Positions 25,220-38,000 of a stretch of 64,000 nucleotides of DNA are shown here, one piece after another. Numbering within the stretch: the stretch's first letter is position 1; every line of letters starts with the position of its first letter. The DNA is taken from the NCBI GenBank assembly GCA_951406725.2, contig OX597837.1, forward strand, positions 1,488,001-1,552,000, read 5' to 3'. Origin of the DNA: Octopus vulgaris (lineage: Eukaryota). The notes under the pieces are model-generated. The model saw nothing but the letters and a program-made list of their open reading frames with translations, ran no database searches and was not told where the DNA came from. A program made the position numbers and the translations under genes.

Positions 25220-26430
25220 TCCCCATCTCCACCAGTCACCTCCCTCCCCATCTATCCAGTTATCGTTATCTCAGATATCCTTTATCACAATATCCTTTTA
25301 TATTTCGTTCCTGCTCTCCCCCTCCCCCTTTCCTTTTTGCTCCCCTCTATTCCTCTTTCATTGTTTCTCTTTCTTTCCTCACATCCTCTCCCTTTCTTTC
25401 ATCACATCCTCTCTCTCTCTCTTTCATCACATCCTCTCCCTCTCTCTCTCTCTCTTTCTCTTTCCTCACACCCTCTCTCTTTCTCTTGCTATGTTTCTTG
25501 TCCCTATCTCTCTCTATATATAACTCCATTTTTTCCTTCCTTTTCCCATCCTCCTCCTCTAACCATCCTCCCTCTATCATATCTTCATCTATATCCCTTC
25601 CCTCTCCCTCAGTGTCCCCTTCTCTGCCTACCTCTCTTTATCTCTCCACCCCTATCTATAACTATCACCACTCTCTCTCTCACTGTTTCTCTTGCTTTCT
25701 TTCTTTCTCTTTCTTTCTATCTTTCTATCTCACTTTTCTCTCTTTTCTTTTGTCTCCTCTCCCCTCTTCATGTCACTGTCACCTCTCACTTTCTCGATCC
25801 ATTTGGTGGTGATAGTTCTTACCTACCTACCTTGCTCGCTCTCTATCTATCTGCTTATATATCTATTACCATCTCTTTAACTCTCTCTTTCGCTTCCCCC
25901 CTCTCTCTCATCTTTATTTCTCTTGCTCTCCCTTCTTTGTATTTCTCTTTCTTGCTCATCTATTTCTGTAAGAGGATCTAGAGTTGGCACCCCACCTATC
26001 TCAAATATTCTCTACCCCTCAATTACCTCTGTCGTATTTTCACCACCCCAATGGACACCCTTATCTCAATTTCAGGTTCTCATTATCTATTCCCTCTACC
26101 TCTCTTTTAACCCTTACCTCCTCATTCGTTTTCACCCACCTCTAAACCTCATCTCTTTACCCCTACCACCACCAACACCACTGCCGCCGCCGCACAGTCC
26201 CTCCGTCTCATTTCATTTACGCCCATCCCCTATTATTTTCCCATGACCCTTTCCTCTTATTTCTCATTTTTGCCACTACAACCTCCCTCTGCCCCTCATT
26301 TTCCCCACTCCACCAATGTATCTCTTATGATCGCCACTCGCTACTACAACCTGCACACTGTCTCTCTTTCTTTCTCTCTCTCTCTCACATTTTCGCCATT
26401 ACACCCTTCTCTTCACCTCGCTCATTACCA
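25220..26430. repeat. ~1.2-kb polypyrimidine (CT-rich) tract
   Basis: Strong C/T strand bias with (CT)n runs, flanked by degenerate (ACC)n tracts. Confidence 0.85.
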
Positions 26431-26843
26431 CCATTCCCACACCGCCGTCTCATTTTCACCACCACCACCACCGCCGCCGCCGCCACCACCACCACCATCT
26501 TCACACCACAACTACCGCCGCCACACCACCACCACCATCGCCACCTCTAATACCATCGCCTACCCCAGCACCACCATCACAACCATCAGTGATCTGCCAA
26601 CAACTCATTTTCATCAACACCACCACCACTAATACCATTACTACCTCTCTCTCTGCTCCTCATTTTCCTCTACCACCACCACCACCACCTCTAGTTACAT
26701 GGTGGCGACCGAGAGACAAGAAGAACCTCATAATTCTGTTAGTGACCAAACCGAGTCCCTACATTATGTTTAAAGCTATAATATCCAGGATCAAAATAAG
26801 ATAAGCTTTTAGGGCTCTTTTCTCCCTTTTTCTGCTTTTGGGC

Positions 26844-26886
<43 letters not shown>

Positions 26887-27616
26887 GTTATTATTATTAT
26901 TATTATTATTTCTATTGTTATTTTTGGTGTTTCTCTTCCTTTTTCTGTGTCAGATCTGATAAACTGAGAAGCATTCATTGTTTTCGTGTTGTTGTTGTTG
27001 TTGTTGATGATGATGATATTAGCGTCGGTAATGGTGGTGGTGGCGGTGTAGGGGATGCTGCATCTTCTCCGTTCTATGATTGTCCCTGTGACGTCCATCG
27101 ATGTGTTATCGTCGTCATCGTTGTTGTTCTTAATGGCGTTTTCGGTTTCGTAAATTGTTTCTGTTCAGTTTTATCAAGATATTTCCTCCTCCTCCTCCCC
27201 CTCCGCCTCCTCCTCCTCCTCCTCCTCATCATCATCATCATCACCACCATCATCATCATCATCATCATCATAACCATCATCAGCATCATCGTCATCATCA
27301 TCTCCTCTAACTTTTCTTCTTCTTCTTCTCCATCCTTCTCCTCCCGCTTTTTCTTGTTTCCAGCCACTGACGTTCGACCTGCTCTCAATTCACACCTAAG
27401 CGCTTAAAAAATAAGAACTAAGGGTCGTCCACGATACATAAAAACAAGATGGTCACAGCTGGAGTGTCTTTGATCATGTGATAGAACTGGATTAATCTAG
27501 GGCTAAAAAAACAACAATATCGATTTCTTCCGTTGTGAGTCACCAAGGAAGCTTCTACACGGTCGCACAAGCAACGAGAAACAACAGCTAAGCTCCAATC
27601 ATTCCATACACTAAAG

Positions 27617-27999
27617 CAGTGCTTCGCAACCAGTTTTACCTATGGATCCCTTTGATTCCAATTTTACTCTACCGATGTTGGTGTGTTTATGTTCCTATAA
27701 CCTAGCGGTTCGGTAAAAGAGACTGATAGAACAAGTACTAGGCTTACAAAGAATAAGTCCTGGGGCCGATTAGTTCGACTAAAGGCGATGCTCCAGCATG
27801 GCCGTTGTCAAATGACTGAAACAAGTAAAAGAATAAAATATCATTAGAAATTATATATAAAAAGAAAATTTTAATATTTTATGTATTGTGGAAATAGAGG
27901 CAATTTATTGGAAATAAGGTTTTACAGCAGAATTTTATTGGAACCCCCAGGTTCATAAGGGCCCTCAACTGTCATATGGACCCTGGTCGAGAACCACTG
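27617..27999. mobile_element. hAT (Charlie-like) MITE with a nested SINE 3' half
   Basis: Imperfect TIRs cagtgcttcgcaacc / ggtcgagaaccactg. A family-B SINE 3' half lies at ~27671-27838. No clean 8-bp TSD. Confidence 0.55.
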
Positions 28000-28064
28000 A
28001 CAGACAGTCTGAAAGAAATAATACAACGATTAAAATGATAATAGTACATAATTTCTCGAGACAC

Positions 28065-28285
28065 AAAACCCTAATAGGTGGACCCGCGCAGTTTCCGAGT
28101 GGTGTCCAAGAGATCGGAAAAGGCCAATTGGAAGGTCTCTTCGGAGGATAGGAATACTATTTGGTTAAGCGGTTTGGGTCATGATGGAAAAAATGGCGCA
28201 ATCAAGACAGTATTGAAAGCGCATTGTGACCAACGGTGTATTACAGCATCTGATAGTCTGGTCAAGACTCTGGTACTGTGATGTA
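28065..28285 (+). mobile_element. 3' end of an RTE-clade LINE
   Basis: Frame from 28070: PNRWTRAVSEWCPRDRKRPIGRSLRR, matching the RTE C-terminal RWT..V.EW.PR..KR..GRP..RW pattern, followed by a 3' tail shared with the SINE at 34760-35045. Confidence 0.75.
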
Positions 28286-28502
28286 CTCTAGAATATGTAT
28301 TGAGTTATTTATGCAGACAAATACAGCTATGTCAAATACGATGCAACGTAAAGTTCCTGTTGAATATTTGACATGTTTTTGTTATTCAAATATGTGCCAG
28401 TACCCCCTTCCCCTTAAGATAATTCTCTTAGCTTAGTTTTGTTTAATCTATGCATATATATTGACACGCGCGCGTATGTGTGTGTGCATTACATGGTATC
28501 AA

Positions 28503-28689
28503 CCTAGCAGCATTTCTTCCGTCTTTACGCTCTGAGTTCAAATTCCACCGAGGTCGTCTTTGCTTTCATATTTTCGGGGTCGATTAATTTAGTACCAATT
28601 CCGGAATTTAGTACCGGGGCCGATCTAATCGACTGGCCCCTCCCTACCCCACAAAAATTCGGGCTTTGTGCCTATAGTAAAGATTATTA

Positions 28690-28720
<31 letters not shown>
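28503..28720 (+). mobile_element. Family-A SINE (short-tail type)
   Basis: Same head and core, tail gactggcccctccc...gggctttgtgcctatagtaaagatt(att)n. Confidence 0.8.
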
Positions 28721-28727
<7 letters not shown>

Positions 28728-30028
28728 TTAAACGTTGCACGAAGATCGTTAGCACCAACGATGGTTATTGTTCACTCCTTGGTAATGAGCATTCTGCTCG
28801 AAACGGTTTTATATAAGTATTTGTGTGTGTGTGTATACGTATGCCGTTGTATATATGCATAGATGTATACGTGAGTGTACATGCCTGTCTGTTCATGTGT
28901 ACATATGTGCACGTATGTCTGTGTATGTATATAGATATATACGTTGATGTGTGTTTGTGTGTGTATCTCTCTCTATGTATCTATGTGTAAGTGTTGTGTG
29001 TGAGCGGGCGTTCCTAAGTGTACTGAATGACAGATTGACAAGAAAAAGTGATTATGAGAACGAACATAATATATATAAGGCTAGTGTATAATGATGAAAA
29101 TAACATTCTACAACAGCAATAACGACCACAGGAACAGCAACAACAACATCAATAACAACAACGCCTCACTCAAAATACACACACACACACACATATATAT
29201 ATACGTATGCGCACATGCATACGTAGATAAGAGAAAGAATTTGGAGAATAGAATGGAGTTTTGTTTTTGTTTTTTTGCGTTGCTTGTTGGAGTGAATTAA
29301 GCGGTAAATGGACCATAATCGTGTCTTTGGAAATGGTGAGTACTTAGTAAAAGAGTCAGTGAACGAAAATACGAAATCTAATGTCTTTAGCTGTCACATT
29401 GCATTGTTATAAACTCAGGCTGGTTATATACACTCGGTGGTGGTGGGGTGGGGGCGTTCTTTACACACACACACACACACAATCTGTCTGTGAGTGCCTG
29501 TGTACATACTTACCTATTACATACATAGGCGTGTATGTATGTATGTGTGTGTGTGTGAGTGTGCGTACGTAGTTGTCTATTTTCGCATATATATTTGCAT
29601 ATATGATGCAATGTAAATATATACATACGTATATTCATAAATGTATGTGCATGCAAATCACATGCACACACCCATATATATATATGTGTGTGTGTGTATA
29701 TGTATATATATATATACACACACGCACACGCATATATGCACGAATATACATATACTACACACACACTCATATATATATATATGTAGAAACATACATTTAT
29801 CTATATACGCACACACACATATGGACGTGTGTATGTACGTTTACACACACACACGCACTCACATCCTGTCGGCCTGATTATCACTAATTAGATTAGATTA
29901 GATTAGAGACACTCTAAGATTTGGTCCATCATTCTTCTTAGTAATTTCTTTCGCGCTTCTTTTTGCTGTTGTTGTTGTTGCTTCCCTGCTTTTCACTGCA
30001 TCTAGCTGTGAAGGCTTTCTGTGTCACC

Positions 30029-30076
<48 letters not shown>

Positions 30077-30291
30077 CATCCTTTTGTTTCCATATTGGTG
30101 GTGTTGCCCTGTAGATATACTCATCCATTTTAACTTTAAGTCAGCCATATTGCATTCTTTACATCATCGCCTTGTACTACTGCAATACATCCCTATCCTT
30201 TCTACAAACCTTTACTCTACTGTGTCCACCTCCCCCTCTCTCTCTCTCTCTCTTATACACACTCATACTGCTCCTCGTTGTCATTATTATT

Positions 30292-30505
30292 GCACGTCGG
30301 GCAAAGTGCTTAGCGGCATTTTGTCCGTCTTTACATTCTGAGTTCAAATTCCGCCGAGTTCGACTTAGCCTTTCATCCTTTCAGGGTCCATAAATTGAAT
30401 ACCAGTTGCGTACTTAATGAAAGGCAAAGTTGACCTCGACGGGATTTGAACTCAGAACGTAAAGACGAATGAAATGCCGCTAAGCATTTGGCCAGGCGTG
30501 CTAAC
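30292..30505. mobile_element. Inverted pair of family-A SINE heads
   Basis: Plus copy 30292-30410 is immediately followed by minus copy 30417-30505. The arms are complementary over ~85 bp. Confidence 0.85.
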
Positions 30506-32928
30506 GCCGTAATAATACTAATACTACTAATACTACTAATAATAATAATAATATTACGATCTCTTACTTTTATAGCAGAATATTCAGTGATATTTAACGT
30601 TCATAATGGAAATCAATTGGAAGGGGAGGGTATCCTTGGGGGCTGGATGGTGAGTTGTCTGTTTCTTAGTCACGCCATCATTGGTAATAACCACGTACGT
30701 TTCAGTAATATATGTTATATGATTATCACGTGAAGACGATATCGGTTTATTATATCATGTTGATATCGTGTCGTCTCTAGTTGTCATGATGAATAAGTTC
30801 TATAATGCCGTTGGGATTTCGGAAATGGTGGCGGTGGCAGTGTTGGCGGTGTTAGTCGAAGTGGACGAGCTGAGTAGCGGGGAAGCAGTGAACATCATGA
30901 ATATAGTTCTATGTATATCAAGCGGTCAATAACACGAGAACGGTCCGTGAGATCATCTTTGTTATCATCCCACTTCTTTTTCTGTCTCTCTCTTAATGAT
31001 CCGTGAGACCGTTTCTGTCATCGCTCGCCCCCTCTCTCTCTCTCACACACACTTTCTATCCCTCTTACTCTCCCTTTCTCTTTCTTCCATCCGCTCTCTT
31101 TTTTTCTCTTCTCCTCTAAGCGCTATGAAAATGGGAAAACATAAAACCAAGTCGGGAATACAACGAAATCAATCTCCATATACATAATGAACACTCTCAA
31201 CTATTTTTAAATCCCATTCATATTACAATGGTGAACTTTTGATAAGCACTCCGTGACACCTGTTTCCAGATAAGAGAATGGATCTATCGAAATATTTCTA
31301 TTTGCTCAATTACTTAATCACATAGTATATTGATAATATGTGGACATTTATGCCGAGGACGAAGACCACCTACGTTCCCACAGTGGGTATCCTTTGGTCG
31401 TTCCCCTCCATGTTTGTTAAGTTAACGTGCACGTGGCTGAATACCCCGCAGATATGCATGCCCTTAACGCAAATCCCTGGGTGAACCTGCGAGACAGCGT
31501 TTTTTGGAAATACATGTAATGAAATCTAGAATCGATGGATTCACTGATAACAGAATAAACAAAACGGTTATTGGTTGAATGAGAGTTTCGTTGTTCAATC
31601 GATTGAATTTTCTGCTCATTTATATAAAGTGAAGGTCCGTAGATTAGTGGTTAGCGTATTAGGCTCACTAGCCAAAGCTCGCGAGTTCAATTCCCTGTGG
31701 CTCAATGTTCTTGAGCAAAGTTACTTTAATTCACGTTGCTCCAGTCCATTCATTTGGCAAAAAGGTTTTGTACTTGTGTCATGGTGAATCTCCCTGAAAA
31801 ATTATGTTAAGAATATGTGTGTCTGTTGAGTACTCAGCCACTTGCCGGTTAGTTTCACGAGCAGGTTGTTCCTTTGATATATAACATATACATATGTATA
31901 TACATAACGTTGTATATATGCACACACACAAAAACGTGTAAGTGTATGTATGTGTAAAGATATGTATGTATACATATATATATATATATAAACACATGAA
32001 TATAAACGTTTGTAATTATGTATACATATATTCATACACACATGTAATATACACGCGCGCGCAAACGTATACCCCCATATATGAAGATGCTCATCCATAC
32101 GCTATGCAGTTATTGTTGCATCTACTTAACTTTTTCTAACAGTTATATATTTAAAGAAAAAAACACTACATCAGCACGATTTTGGTGCACATATGTACAC
32201 TGGACTGTGAATATATTTGCATTCATGCATGTTTCAGGCAATATTCATGCGGTCGCATTCATCTGCAAAGCACATATTGGCAGGTTCTTTTTTTAGAAAG
32301 GTTGTTGTCTGCGCTGGTGCTTATTAGGCAGAGTAAAACCTACCAAAGGGCGGACTGAATAGGACACTATATTTTGACAGAGAGAAACTGGTTTTGTGTA
32401 GAAGCGAGTGGGTGGCAGAAAAAACGAAAAGAAGACGGATATAATTGCCAGTTTAGGCCAAAGGGTGTTTATTTTGAAGGAAGGGTAAAATCGATATTAT
32501 CTTCCCCTGTTCTTCGCTGTTACTGTATCTTATCAGTGTGAAAGGATGATTTTAAATAGATATCTAAAATTTATAAGACCAGAAGACGGAATGAACGGGC
32601 TTTAAATACAAGTCACAACAGATATTTTCTTTGCATTGGTAACAGCTGTGAGTTACTGAGTTTTCCATGTCAAATATGATCCAGTAGTCGCTGTGTACCC
32701 GCACGAGTCTGTAAATGACTTAAATATGAGAAACATTTCTTCACATATTGTCGATATGGAAAAAAAGATTTCCTTAAATTAAATCTTTTTTTAATTATTT
32801 CAAAAATCTTGAAAAACTTGAAAGAAAAGCTGTTGAACACAAACCTGATGGAAGGAAATTTTTTTGTAAGCGCTTTTCACAATTCTCGGCATGTGAATAA
32901 ATTGTCTTTTTTTGTTTTTCTTCTACAG

Positions 32929-33083
32929 ATGTACTACATGAATGGTGCTGCACTGTTGGAGACTGATATTGTAGCGGACAATGGAGTTTTACACGTGATC
33001 GATAAAATAGTTGTTCCGGTTGGCAGTAATAAGACTTTGGCGCAGTACCATAAACATCCCGATCTAAACAGTTTATCATTTGA
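32929..33083 (+). CDS. Internal coding exon of a fasciclin (FAS1) domain protein (periostin/TGFBI/fasciclin-like)
   Basis: Polypyrimidine tract plus CAG acceptor (tttttttgtttttcttctacag, AG 32927-32928) and GTAAGT donor (33084-33089). Translation MYYMNGAALLETDIVADNGVLHVIDKIVVPVGSNKTLAQYHKHPDLNSLSF contains the FAS1 H2 motif (DI.A.NGV.HVID..L.P). Phase 0 start, phase 2 end. Confidence 0.9.
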
Positions 33084-33427
33084 GTAAGTAAACTAACTCT
33101 TTACTCATTGGTTTGATATAATGGTGTTCTTCCATAATTGTGAAATGAGAGAATGGTAAATATTCCACTACCGTTAGACATGAACTTGGAACTAGTAGAA
33201 ATTTTGTCAAAGAGCTCATAATTTCAGAAATGTGTTTGTTTATGGATTCAGCCTCCTTGCAATCACCGGCTAGAAATGATGATCTGATGTAGAATTCCTT
33301 CTCTCTGACTCAGATAAAATCTGATGCCTCAATCACAATCTGTTTGGCCTTCACAGCATTTCAGTTGTTTGAATATTTTGTGAATTTACATTAAAAATGT
33401 GAAACGTTTCATGCGTGAAATATTGTA

Positions 33428-33465
<38 letters not shown>

Positions 33466-33477
33466 TAATAATAATAA

Positions 33478-33965
33478 TAATCCTTTCTACTATGGACACA
33501 AAGCCTGAAATTGTGTGGGGAGGGACTACTCGATTGCATCGTCTCCAAGTGTTTCACTGACACTTAATTTATAGACCCCGAAAGGCTGATAGGCAAAGTC
33601 GACCTCGGCGAAATTTGAACTCAGAACGTAACGGAGGACGAAATACCTATTTCTTTACTACCCACAAGGGGCTAAACACAGGGGACAAACAAGGACAGAC
33701 AAACGGATTAAGTCGATTAGATCGACCCCAGTGGGTAACTGGTACTTATTTAATCGACCCCGAAAGGATGAAAGGCAAAGTCTACCTCGGCGGAATTTGA
33801 ACTCAGAACGTAGCGGCAGACGAAATACGGCTACGCATTTCGCCCGGCGTGCTAACGTTTCTGCCAGCTCGCCTACGCACTGGGGTCGATGCAATCGGCT
33901 TAATCCATTTGTCTGTCCTTGTTTGTTCCCTCTGTGTTTAGCCCCTTGTGGGCAATAAAGAAATA
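33478..33965. mobile_element. Family-A SINE cluster: two minus copies plus an inverted plus-strand tail
   Basis: Minus copies at 33478-33647 and 33648-33873. Plus-strand tail at 33875-33965 is the reverse complement of 33648-33738. Confidence 0.85.
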
Positions 33966-33967
33966 TA

Positions 33968-34030
<63 letters not shown>

Positions 34031-34759
34031 TACTACTACTACTACACATGGCCAGTAATTTTGATGGAAGTAGGCTAATAGTTTACCCTGCTGAATTTAT
34101 GGAACTGTTAGAGGGGCCAGTGAGGTGTATTTGTTCCAGCTATTTGCCTTCCGACACTGTTAACGATTCTTAATAACCTTATCTTGTCAAACTGCTTTAA
34201 ACAGCTTATTAAACTGATGTCAACAGGTTATCATTTCCAGCATCACAAGCATCTAATAAGAAATTAAATTCCGGATAATAAATAAATAGCAAAACGTTTA
34301 AGTATTTATAAATTGTATGGATTGCTAATTTGCTATTAATTTGATTATTCTAAACAAGTTATCATCTAATGACTGCTAGAAACAGCTTGTAAACGTGTTG
34401 GCATTTTGATAATTAATCGTAACACATTGCTATTTTAAACACCTTGACATGTTTTGTGTTTTTAAACACCTTGTTAAGTGAATATTCTAAAAATGTTGTC
34501 AATGTATTCAGGGCACTAAAATAACGAGTTAGTAACTATTCTAAATACATTGATATTTCAATAAGTACTCTAATCAGGTTGACAACGAAGTGTTCTAAAC
34601 GGTCGATCAGGTTACTATCAGTTTACTAAACGCATTAACATCACAGTGTCCTAATCACTCGTCCTTTAAATAAATCCTGGTGCAGAATTGACTTTCGGAA
34701 ATCTAATGGTCCAGACCCTCTTATAGTCCGCACTAATGTGCAGCTGCTTGTATTTCATT

Positions 34760-35045
34760 TCACGTGACCACAGGATCATGTGACAGACCAGACTATCAGA
34801 TGCTGTTGCACATCGCTGGTCACCATGTATTTTGCATTGTTTTCGCCTTCAAATGACGCCGCCCCGCTGGCTAGACGAGCAGGCCAACATTCACCCCTCC
34901 CGCTCTTGATCGAGAGGTGGGACAGGAACAACGTGAAATGAAGGGGCTTGCTCAAGAACACAACGCGCCGCCCGGTCTGGGAATCGAACCCACGGTATGG
35001 TGACCATGAGTGCGACAGCCTAACTCCTAGGCCACGCGCCTTCAC
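34760..35045 (-). mobile_element. tRNA-type SINE, family C, with an RTE-derived tail
   Basis: Head gtgaaggcgcgtggcctagg...gggttcgattccc, then gttgtgttcttgagcaag...tttcacgttg. The tail matches the RTE 3' end at 28222-28263. Confidence 0.8.
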
Positions 35046-38000
35046 TATTTCATTTAATTATTTAAGTAAATTAAATATTCATTTAATATTTGTGTCGACG
35101 AAGGTGACCACTCTTCGTTTGGGAAAAATCAGTTAACCGGAAACGCTTCGGAACCAACGGTTCCGGAAAATCGATTATACATTTGTACAATAAACACTAT
35201 GATTGCAATGATGTGAAATAACTGTGTGATAAAGTGATTTTATATTCTTTATAGAATTGATGCACATAATTATTTAATTACTTAAACAACTCATTAGTTA
35301 TTAAAATGATCTAAACAGCTTATAATCATTGTAAGTTAAACAGCATATTTGATAATTTAAACATTTTATAATTAACCAATGAAAACAATTTAATTAAGTC
35401 ATCTTTTGTGTCTTTGTTCTTTTATTTGACCTTTAAATTAGTTGTCTTTTTGTTGTTTAACCTCTCACTGGCGTACAAATTGATTTCGGTAAATTCATTT
35501 TTATGATTCTTTTTTGATATGTTTGTATTACCGAAGACTTTGTACTTGGATAGTATTGTGTCATACTCAACGAAGTAAACAAAAAGTTATATTCATTACT
35601 TCTATATCAAGTATAAATTTCGTTTTTAAAAACATAACTGATATTGATTCGTGAGACGTCACCAGAGAGGGAAGACCGCGACTCTGTTTGAACTCAAAAT
35701 GCATTGAACCAGAAGACTAACATAAAGCGTTTTGTGCAACGTTTTAGCGAATCTCCCAATTCGTTATCCAAACATGCACACGTAAATGTATACCTTTCTT
35801 CCACCTTTTCCGCTTACCAATCGCAGAGACGTTGGAAATGGTCAGAACTCCGCCAATTCTTCTTATGAAATTCTTAGAAATAACTTGCAAGTGAGACTTT
35901 TAATATCATTCTATTTACAACGTTTCGTCTTTTCTATAGCTTCATTATCAAGCACCACTTTATTTCAAATACAAACTTATGAAAACGTCTCATAACAAAA
36001 TGACTGCGTTGTACGAATGAGTGTGTCTCTACGAAAGTGTGTAGGTGTGTTTCTGCGTGTGTGTTTGTGTGGATGCCATGCTTTAGAAATTGTCGGCAGC
36101 TTGTTAAGAAGTTGCCAAAACCTTCAATTTTCTCTGAATCTCCGCCTCACACGTAAAAACCTCCTATAACAGAAGGCTTTAAAGATGGCGGAAAATCCCA
36201 AACTGGGTCTTTTAGAACCCCCGTGCTGTCTATGATCTATTCTACTTCTTATTACTTCATTATCAAATGATTATTTCAATAACAACGACAGCAGCAGCAA
36301 CAACAATAAATTGGAATAATAACGGAAATACGAAGCAGACGTTGATCAGGAAATCTCAAATCACTGATAGGGTGTCTGTGTCTGTGTCTTTATATGTGTG
36401 TTTATGTGTTTGTGTGTGGATGTGTGTGTTTGCATGATAGTGTGTGCGCATATACGTGTGCGTTTGTGAAGTTGTGTGTGTATGTGCGCGCACAGGTACT
36501 ATACGTTTGTATGTATGTGTGCCTTAGTGCACGCCTATCTTTGTGTATGCGTGTATATTTATACGCTGATGTAAGTTTATCTTTCTCTGTATGCATGCGC
36601 TTGTGTGTGCGTTTGCGTATGTATGTGTTTGTGTGTGCAGATTTGTTTGCATGCCCAAGTTTGTACCTCTGTGTGTGTGTGTATACATATGCATAGGTAC
36701 ACACACATAGACGTACAAACACACATACATGTCAATACGGAGGTATGGGTATGTATGTGTCTTAGTGTGTTTTTGAGTATGTTTCTTTCTATGTGTGTGT
36801 GTGTGTAGGTTTTTGCGTCTCTATTTGTGAATGCACGTATCTAGTTACATGTATACGTTTATGGGTGTGCATCTGTGTATAAGCGTTGTTTATAAACTTG
36901 GTACAGCTTGTTAGTAAATTCTGCAAAATATGTACTTTATCACCCCCATCACCAATCCTGCCCAATTCTATATTCCACTCTCCAACGATCTCAATTCGCT
37001 TCACTCCCCCAAACCTCGGCCGAATCTGACACAATAACTTGCTGCCTTAGTCGACCTCACCATGCCAGACACCCAATTCCGTCTTATTATACAAGAGAGA
37101 GAGAGAGAGACAGAGAGAGAGAGAAAGAGAAAGAGTTACAGAGGCAGAAAGGGGGACAGAGAGTGTACAAAATCCACCAATGCACCCACCCACACTCTCA
37201 CAAATTCACCTCTCAGCCACTGGGCCTTACCAGCGCCCCCTGGACCCTAACCCTAACCCAACCATTCCTCTCCAACAAACGACAGAATCTCTAATTAATT
37301 ATGCCAGTCCGTGCATGTTACTGCATATAATCTAAGTTTGTTGTGCATATGCCCTAATTGCACCAGTTTGCAATTCGGACGAGCAACCTGTCTCAACTTG
37401 CTCTGTTCACTGGCCCCTATCGAACTAAGCCATCTCCTGCTCCTTATTCGGTCGTGGGGTAGGGAGCGGTGTGAGGATAAGAGTGTGTACAGAGGGAGGA
37501 GTCATGAAAGACGTAGAACCTTCGTTACGATTGGACACCAAAAGAAGTCGTTTCTTCCTTTTGCTCCTTTTCCTCCTCGCCCCTCTTCTTCCAGACTCCT
37601 TCTTCCTCCACCTTTTCTATTTCCTCCTCCTTCTCTTTCACCCTTTTCTCCCCTCTCCTTTATTCTTCTTTTCCTCCTACTCTGTCACCTCCTGTTCTCC
37701 AGTTTCAATTTGGACACCTTGACCCAAACTGCATCTACATGTTCGTTCGGCCTGCTAAAAATAGCAACCGGCTCCCTTCACATCACAGCATACCATTGCT
37801 AAAAAAGAAAAAAATAACAAAGCAAATGACGGTATGCAATAACCAATGTAATTATAAATCTCTTAAAAGACAGGATGGTCAAGGCTGGAACACGGTTTAG
37901 TCATAGAGTTGTTGCTCGACCGTGACGAAATTGAGCCGAGATAACCAGGAAATCAACAGCAGAGCAGCACCAATAACAACAACAACAAGAATTGACACTT

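Noticed and set aside
34960-35045. tRNA-like sequence with A and B boxes
   Set aside because: It is the head of a multi-copy SINE and continues into SINE body; no convincing cloverleaf.
37246-37259. Telomere-like ccctaaccctaacc
   Set aside because: Only about two units, expected by chance.
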